Shown here: positions 58,502 through 64,000 of the stretch, one piece after another
Position numbering within the stretch: position 1 is the first letter of the stretch
Layout: the number at the start of each line of letters is the position of its first letter
The notes under the pieces: generated by a model
What the model was told of the DNA's origin: nothing
What the model saw: only the letters and a program-made list of their open reading frames with translations
Database searches by the model: none
Assembly: GCA_020348925.1 (NCBI GenBank)
Contig: CP070758.1
Coordinates: forward strand, 1,506,469 to 1,570,468
DNA from: Gemmatimonadota bacterium
GTDB taxonomy: Bacteria > JBHIER01 > G020348925
Reading direction: 5' to 3'
DNA length: 64,000 nucleotides
Translations under genes and position numbers: made by a program

Positions 58502-60595
58502 TTATTCTCTGATCACAAATCGATCCTTCCTCACAGCCTCATCATCCCCGTTCAGATCCCGAACCGTCAGAGTGAGAACAGTGGTTTCGGGCGGGACATC
58601 GCGGATGTCGATGCGGAGAAAGTTGCATTCGGTGGACGTCATCCCTTTATTTTCCGATGTCGCCGAAATCAGCCCTTTCCTGCGCTGTGCTCCAAAGAGA
58701 CGACCGATATCTCCGATCAGTTTTGCCAGGCCTCCTCTGTCTTCACCCTCAGGGCCCACGGTGTATTCAATCTCATAATGCGTCTGTCCGAACTCGTCCT
58801 GTCGGAGATTGTAAATCTCGTAGTAGATGTAGACCGGCTGTGATGTGGTATATCTTTTTCGCGGATTGGGGGTGATCCGGAAATCATGCCTGCTGCATAC
58901 CCTTTGGTTCGCGACAGGTGCTATGGCAGAAGCAAAGAGAATGTCGCTGATCTGAAGGCTCTCAAAACCGTAATCTCTCACATTCACTGTGTCACGAAGA
59001 AGGCCAATATTTTCCGAGCCCCGGTCTCTCACCTCAAGGGCAAAATGGTACTTTCCCGGTTTCAGCTGAACCGTCCGCTGCGCAACGACATCATATTCCT
59101 TGGTTGGGTCAATCCGATCGGTGACCAGTTCCTGGTCCGCGATCTCTTTCACGACACTCTTCCAGGTACGGTCAAAAAAGAACGTCCCCACCTCTGTAGA
59201 AATACGCGACGCATCGCTCTCCACAGTGTAATCAAGGTATTGAGCTGGCAGTGCATAGCACACATCCACGGTCGTTCTCCCCCCATCCCCTCTGAAATTG
59301 GCCAGAAAGCAGGGCATTGTGAAACGCTCTCCACCATAATCGTACTCGAAGGTTTGGGGAACTTCCTTAATGAGAGCAGTGTATTGGTACAGACCATCGC
59401 TTCCCGGCCGCTCCCCCCATTTGAACTGATACTGACCTGTCAACATCATGTCCTCGAAGTAATGGTCAAATTTTTCATAACTCCATATTTCAATAGATGT
59501 TTGCACTGGATCCTTCGCCCCAGGTTCAATGGACGGTCTTGTCCTGACGCGGCCTTTGGGCGGCCCATACCGGATATACACTTTCCCCTGATCCGTCTGC
59601 CACCCCGGTATTCCCCGCCCCGGGAGACCGTAGCGAAGATTGGCGTAAGCAACCCGGCTATAATGCTCGAGAGTCCGCTCGTTATAATCGGTTAAATAGA
59701 TCGGATCCCGTTCGAGCCAAAATCGATCCTCCAGACTGTTCTTCTCTGCAACAGAGGCGGTCGCATATCGTTTCTCCTCATCCGGTGAAAGAAGCAACTG
59801 TTTCGATTCAAAGACAACCCTCTCCTCCCCCGGCATCAACCGCTTGGCCTCCTCGAAGGCATCCCATGCTTCGGTCTCACGGCGCTGTCTGTAGTAAGCC
59901 AAGCCGAGAAAGAGCCGGGCATCCTTGTCCTTGGGATTGTCCCTCAGAATTTTCTGATAGAGTTCGGCCATCTCGTCATAACTCCCGCGTTCACAGTAAG
60001 CCAGTCCCAGATGAAAAAGAGCGTCCCTGTGATTCGGATCGATCTCCAAGGTCTTCTCGAAGTAACCGATCGATCTCCTCTCATCCTCCTGGGCGAAGTT
60101 TTCGAATCGAATGGGTCCGTCAATCATGTCCCTATAATGCCACACCTCACCTTCAGAGATCTTGCCCAAAAGGAAATAGGCCTCAGCGCAGAGTGGATCC
60201 AATTCAATGGCTTTCTTGAACTCGGCCTGAGCTCCATGGTTGAATCCCTGTTTCAGTTTAAGCATCCCGTACGTCACGCGATAGTCCGCATTTCGACGAT
60301 CCAATTTCAGGGCTTGGCGTATATGTCGCTCCGACTTTATGCGACCCATCAAGGTCCCCTTATTCATATAGAGTTCGGCAAGCTTCGCATGCGCTTCGGC
60401 ACACTTCGAATCAAGGGTCAGCGCATTATGAAATTCCCCAATCGCTTCCTCCTCGTGCTCCTGTATCATGAGGTCAAGAGCCTTCGTCAAATGAAAAAGA
60501 GCGCTGTCTGAGTTGGACGCCTGCAACGCCTGGCACTCCACAGAGGCAACAATGAGGAGGATCATCAAAGCGAATATATAAAAACGATGAAGCAT
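58502..60595 (-). CDS. GWxTD-domain protein with TPR repeats
   Basis: Signal peptide, TPRs, RVAYAN...GWQTDQGKVYIRYGPP. Confidence 0.9.
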   Translation of the reverse strand: MLHRFYIFALMILLIVASVECQALQASNSDSALFHLTKALDLMIQEHEEEAIGEFHNALTLDSKCAEAHAKLAELYMNKGTLMGRIKSERHIRQALKLDRRNADYRVTYGMLKLKQGFNHGAQAEFKKAIELDPLCAEAYFLLGKISEGEVWHYRDMIDGPIRFENFAQEDERRSIGYFEKTLEIDPNHRDALFHLGLAYCERGSYDEMAELYQKILRDNPKDKDARLFLGLAYYRQRRETEAWDAFEEAKRLMPGEERVVFESKQLLLSPDEEKRYATASVAEKNSLEDRFWLERDPIYLTDYNERTLEHYSRVAYANLRYGLPGRGIPGWQTDQGKVYIRYGPPKGRVRTRPSIEPGAKDPVQTSIEIWSYEKFDHYFEDMMLTGQYQFKWGERPGSDGLYQYTALIKEVPQTFEYDYGGERFTMPCFLANFRGDGGRTTVDVCYALPAQYLDYTVESDASRISTEVGTFFFDRTWKSVVKEIADQELVTDRIDPTKEYDVVAQRTVQLKPGKYHFALEVRDRGSENIGLLRDTVNVRDYGFESLQISDILFASAIAPVANQRVCSRHDFRITPNPRKRYTTSQPVYIYYEIYNLRQDEFGQTHYEIEYTVGPEGEDRGGLAKLIGDIGRLFGAQRRKGLISATSENKGMTSTECNFLRIDIRDVPPETTVLTLTVRDLNGDDEAVRKDRFVIRE

Positions 60596-60855
60596 GTTAC
60601 GTGTGCAAAGATTGAGACCTTCAGGCCTGAGCTTTAAAAAATTAAACAGGACCGAGAATATACCCGATTTCGCATGAAAAAACCACGCATCCTTTCAGAC
60701 ACCCCACATGTCCTCGAAGTTTCCTAATTTCGCCGGGACCTTTTGCTGCAGAACAGTACCTGAGAATCCGTTTTTCAACTCCAATTCTGGTCCTTTTTTT
60801 TTCATAAGGTCCACTTTTTCATAGCCTTCGGCTAATCCTCTGGAGTCCGCTTAAA

Positions 60856-60903
60856 ACACTAAGTGTTGGTGTTTGAAAATATTAAACATACAAAATATAG
60901 TGT
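60856..60903. promoter_or_regulatory. Tandem NrdR boxes
   Basis: acactaagtgttggtg (60856) and atacaaaatatagtgt (60888), 32 bp apart, resembling acaCwAtATaTwGtgt upstream of nrdJ. Confidence 0.7.
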
Positions 60904-60921
60904 ATTTTTTTAAATTTTCAC

Positions 60922-60950
60922 TTGACATTTGGGATGAAAATTGATATACT
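60922..60950 (+). promoter_or_regulatory. Sigma-70 promoter of nrdJ
   Basis: TTGACA-17-TATACT. Confidence 0.75.
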
Positions 60951-61053
60951 ACAGGTCACCTTTTCACTGCCCAGACTGGACGTGGTATTCCAGTTGTAAT
61001 CTCAATAAAAAAGCAGTATTCTCAGAAAATTATTTATGATGAAGGAGCCTACA

Positions 61054-63321
61054 ATGGCTGTTGCTACAGGTATTCAACTCTCTCTCTCTGAAAATGCCAC
61101 GAAAGTCTTAGAAAGAAGATACTTACGAAAAGACGAACGGGGTGAGCTCATTGAAACGCCTGAGGAGATGTTCCGGCGAGTGGCAAAAAATATCGCCTCA
61201 GCCGAAAGGAAATACAATCCCAATGCAGACGTTCTGAGAGTTGAGGAGGAGTTTTACCGGACAATGAGTGATCTTGAATTCATGCCCAACTCCCCCACCC
61301 TCATGAACGCCGGCACACCGCTCCAGATGTTGTCCGCCTGTTTCGTCCTTCCGGTTGAGGACTCCATGGAACGCATCTTTGACTCCGTAAAACACGCCGC
61401 ACTGGTCAACAAGGCCGGTGGTGGAACCGGTTTTTCTTTCTCGCGGATCCGACCGAAGAACGACATCGTTCAGTCGACGAAGGGTGTGGCCAGTGGTCCT
61501 GTCTCTTTCATGCACGTCTTCGATGCGGCCACGGAAACCATCAAACAGGGGGGACGCCGCCGCGGTGCCAACATGGGCATTCTCCGCATCGACCACCCTG
61601 ATATCCTCGACTTTATCAGGGCCAAGAAGAATCCCAACGTCCTCAATACCTTCAACCTCTCCGTGGGGCTGACGGAAGCGTTCATGGAGGCAGTGCAGAA
61701 GAACTCAGAATACGATTTACTCCATCCCAATACGAAGGAGCCTGTTGGTCGCTTGAAGGCCAAAGAAGTCTTTGATCTCATCACCGATCTGGCCTGGCGC
61801 AACGGAGATCCCGGTATCATCTTCTTGGATCGGATCAACAAGGACAATCCCACACCAAAATTGGGAGAGATCGAAAGCACAAACCCCTGCGGGGAACAGC
61901 CCCTTCTGCCCTATGAATCGTGCAATCTGGGATCGATCAATCTGGCCAAGATGATTACGGCCACCGGCGGGCAACCCTCCATCGATTACCCTCGCCTGGC
62001 CAGAACCGTGCGAACAGCGGTGCGGTTTCTCGATAACGTCATCGATATGAACAGGTATCCCCTGCAGGAGATCGAAGAACGGACCTTCGGCAACCGAAAG
62101 ATCGGTCTCGGAATCATGGGTTTTGCCGACATGCTCATCTGGCTGGGTGTTCCCTACAATTCGAAAGCGGCCCTCGAAACAGCCGAGGAGGTGATGCGCT
62201 TCGTCTCCGACAAGGCCAAAGAAGCCTCCCAGGAGCTGGCCGAGGAACGCGGCCCCTTTCCCAATTTTGCGGGGTCAACCTACGATGTTTCGGGACTAAA
62301 GAAGACTCGAAATGCCACGCTGACGACGATCGCGCCCACGGGGTCCATCAGCATCATCTCCAACTGCTCGAGCGGTATCGAACCACTCTTCGCTATTTCT
62401 TACGTGCGTAATGTCATGGACAACACAAAGCTGCTTGAGGTCCACTCCCTTTTCAAGGAAGTTGCTCGGCGGAAAGGTTTTTTCAGCCAGGAGCTGATGG
62501 AAAAAATTGCCTCGAAAGGAACGATTCAACACCTGGACGAGATCCCCCTCAAGGTGCGCAAGCTCTTTGTCACGGCCCACGACATTTCTCCCGAATGGCA
62601 TATTCGCATCCAGAGTGCCTTTCAGAAGTACACGGACAATGCCGTTTCGAAAACAGTCAACTTCCCCACCGAAGCCACGGTGGAGAATGTGGCGGAAGTC
62701 TACATGTTGGCCTTCGACCTCGGCTGCAAGGGGGTGACGATCTATCGGGATCGAAGCAGGGACGTCCAAGTCTTGAACATCGATTCATCGGAACCTGAGA
62801 TGGCTGATGAACGACCGCCTGATGAAATAACCAGACCCCGCAAAGCGCTCACACCCAGGAAGCGACCGACCGTCACCGTCGGCACCACGCAACGGGTCAC
62901 GACCGGCTGCGGAAACCTCTACGTCACCATCAACGAGGATGAGAAAGGGCTGTGCGAGCTCTTCTCCAGACTGGGCAAATCCGGCGGGTGCATCGCCTCC
63001 CATACGGAGGCGATCAGTCGGCTTGTTTCTTTAGCTTTACGATCAGGTGTTGATGTTGAGTCAATTCTGAGTCAGATCAAAGGCATACGGTGTCCGTCGC
63101 CCTCATGGTACAACGGCGGCTCCGTCCTCTCCTGCGCCGACGGTATCGGGCTGTCCCTGGAAGAGTACCTGAAGGAGAAAAAGAAAAGTACGGGCTCGGC
63201 CAAAAAGATCGGCAGTGACCTGCGGGACATCTGTCCGGAGTGCCCCGACTGCGGCAGTCTGGTCGAATACATGGAAGGCTGCGTCGTCTGCCGCGCCTGC
63301 GGCTATTCGAAGTGTGATTAA
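61054..63321 (+). CDS. nrdJ: Adenosylcobalamin-dependent (class II) ribonucleotide reductase with C-terminal TSCPD/Zn-ribbon region
   Basis: FMPNSPTLMNAG, SACFV, TNPCGEQPL, CNLGSINL, IAPTGSIS, KGVTIYRD, CPECPDC...CRACGYSKC. Confidence 0.95.
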   Translation: MAVATGIQLSLSENATKVLERRYLRKDERGELIETPEEMFRRVAKNIASAERKYNPNADVLRVEEEFYRTMSDLEFMPNSPTLMNAGTPLQMLSACFVLPVEDSMERIFDSVKHAALVNKAGGGTGFSFSRIRPKNDIVQSTKGVASGPVSFMHVFDAATETIKQGGRRRGANMGILRIDHPDILDFIRAKKNPNVLNTFNLSVGLTEAFMEAVQKNSEYDLLHPNTKEPVGRLKAKEVFDLITDLAWRNGDPGIIFLDRINKDNPTPKLGEIESTNPCGEQPLLPYESCNLGSINLAKMITATGGQPSIDYPRLARTVRTAVRFLDNVIDMNRYPLQEIEERTFGNRKIGLGIMGFADMLIWLGVPYNSKAALETAEEVMRFVSDKAKEASQELAEERGPFPNFAGSTYDVSGLKKTRNATLTTIAPTGSISIISNCSSGIEPLFAISYVRNVMDNTKLLEVHSLFKEVARRKGFFSQELMEKIASKGTIQHLDEIPLKVRKLFVTAHDISPEWHIRIQSAFQKYTDNAVSKTVNFPTEATVENVAEVYMLAFDLGCKGVTIYRDRSRDVQVLNIDSSEPEMADERPPDEITRPRKALTPRKRPTVTVGTTQRVTTGCGNLYVTINEDEKGLCELFSRLGKSGGCIASHTEAISRLVSLALRSGVDVESILSQIKGIRCPSPSWYNGGSVLSCADGIGLSLEEYLKEKKKSTGSAKKIGSDLRDICPECPDCGSLVEYMEGCVVCRACGYSKCD

Positions 63322-63432
63322 GCCACAGAGACAATCAAATGTGAAGCGGTCTCTCATCGATATTTATGGTTCTTACTCCTTCAAAGGAATACCTTGGAGG
63401 AGTTTCTTGTCTTCACTCCGGTGGAAGAAACC

Positions 63433-63876
63433 ATGGCACGATTGACCTGGGACGAATACTTTATGCGAATTGCCACACTGGTCGCCGAACGCGCAACCTG
63501 TCTTCGCAACCACGTCGGGGCCATCATCGTCAAGGACAGACACATTTTGGCCACAGGGTACAACGGTGCCCCGCGAGGCGTCCCGCACTGCGATGAGGCC
63601 GGCTGTCTGCGGAAGAAGCTGAATGTGCCTTCAGGAGAGCGGCACGAATTGTGTCGGGGCATCCACGCCGAGCAGAACGCCATCATTCAGGCCGCCGCCT
63701 TCGGTGTCAGCATCGCCGGCAGCACCATCTATTCCACCCACCACCCCTGCGTCGTCTGCAGCAAGATGATCATCAACGCCCGCATCGACCGCATCGTCAT
63801 CAAGGGCGATTACCCCGATCCCCTGGCCAGAGAGATGTTGAAAGAAGCCAAGGTTGAAGTGGTCAGAATATCATGA
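63433..63876 (+). CDS. dCMP deaminase (ComEB family)
   Basis: WDEYFM, TGYNGAP, HAEQNAI, PCVVC. Confidence 0.93.
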   Translation: MARLTWDEYFMRIATLVAERATCLRNHVGAIIVKDRHILATGYNGAPRGVPHCDEAGCLRKKLNVPSGERHELCRGIHAEQNAIIQAAAFGVSIAGSTIYSTHHPCVVCSKMIINARIDRIVIKGDYPDPLAREMLKEAKVEVVRIS

Positions 63877-64000
63877 GCCACTGGTAAAATTTTCAATGTT
63901 TCTTACTCTCCTGAAACTCGCTCCACCCCATGCTATTACGTCGTTCGCGCAGGGTTGCGAAACCCGTTTCGTTGAAGGATTACGGTTACGTATTTTGTAT

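Noticed and set aside
61054-63321. Intein or intron in nrdJ
   Set aside because: Length is normal and the catalytic motifs (e.g. TNPCGEQPL) are uninterrupted.

Overview
Bacterial genomic scaffold with two 100-N gaps (8750-8849 and 43541-43640). T9SS-type C-terminal domains, dockerins, Hdr genes and a class II RNR suggest an anaerobic FCB-superphylum lineage such as KSB1, Latescibacterota or Zixibacteria (inference). (1) 1-8749: two halves of giant secreted Cys-rich cohesin/dockerin/CTD protein gene(s); the segment has identical 124-bp ends. (2) 8850-20217: a PDZ-GAF histidine kinase and an NtrC-type regulator lie upstream of a sigma-54 promoter with two palindromic upstream sites. The promoter heads a co-oriented run of exported proteins: a TPR protein, a UGA-recoded UxxC thioredoxin-fold selenoprotein with a dockerin, a deletion scar, a Kelch-dockerin-CTD protein, a signal-peptide nitroreductase and a subtilase. 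(3) 20749-27911: CzcCBA/CusCBA-type efflux operon led by a His-rich ORF ending in RGPP (candidate arrest peptide). (4) 28818-43540: hdrC-B-A-C-B-hdrL-mvhD(Sec)-fdhB-like-hdrA' followed by a soluble fumarate-reductase-like Fe-S/flavoprotein pair; the HdrA copies are complementary and asymmetric. (5) 43979-50258: ECF sigma/anti-sigma, two Spy/CpxP proteins, lipoproteins and TonB-ExbBD. (6) 50466-60595: cold-shock gene, small accessory genes with remnants, and a GWxTD protein. (7) nrdJ with NrdR boxes and a dCMP deaminase. The most novel candidates are the sigma-54-controlled dockerin/selenoprotein export system and the Hdr-fumarate-reductase cluster.
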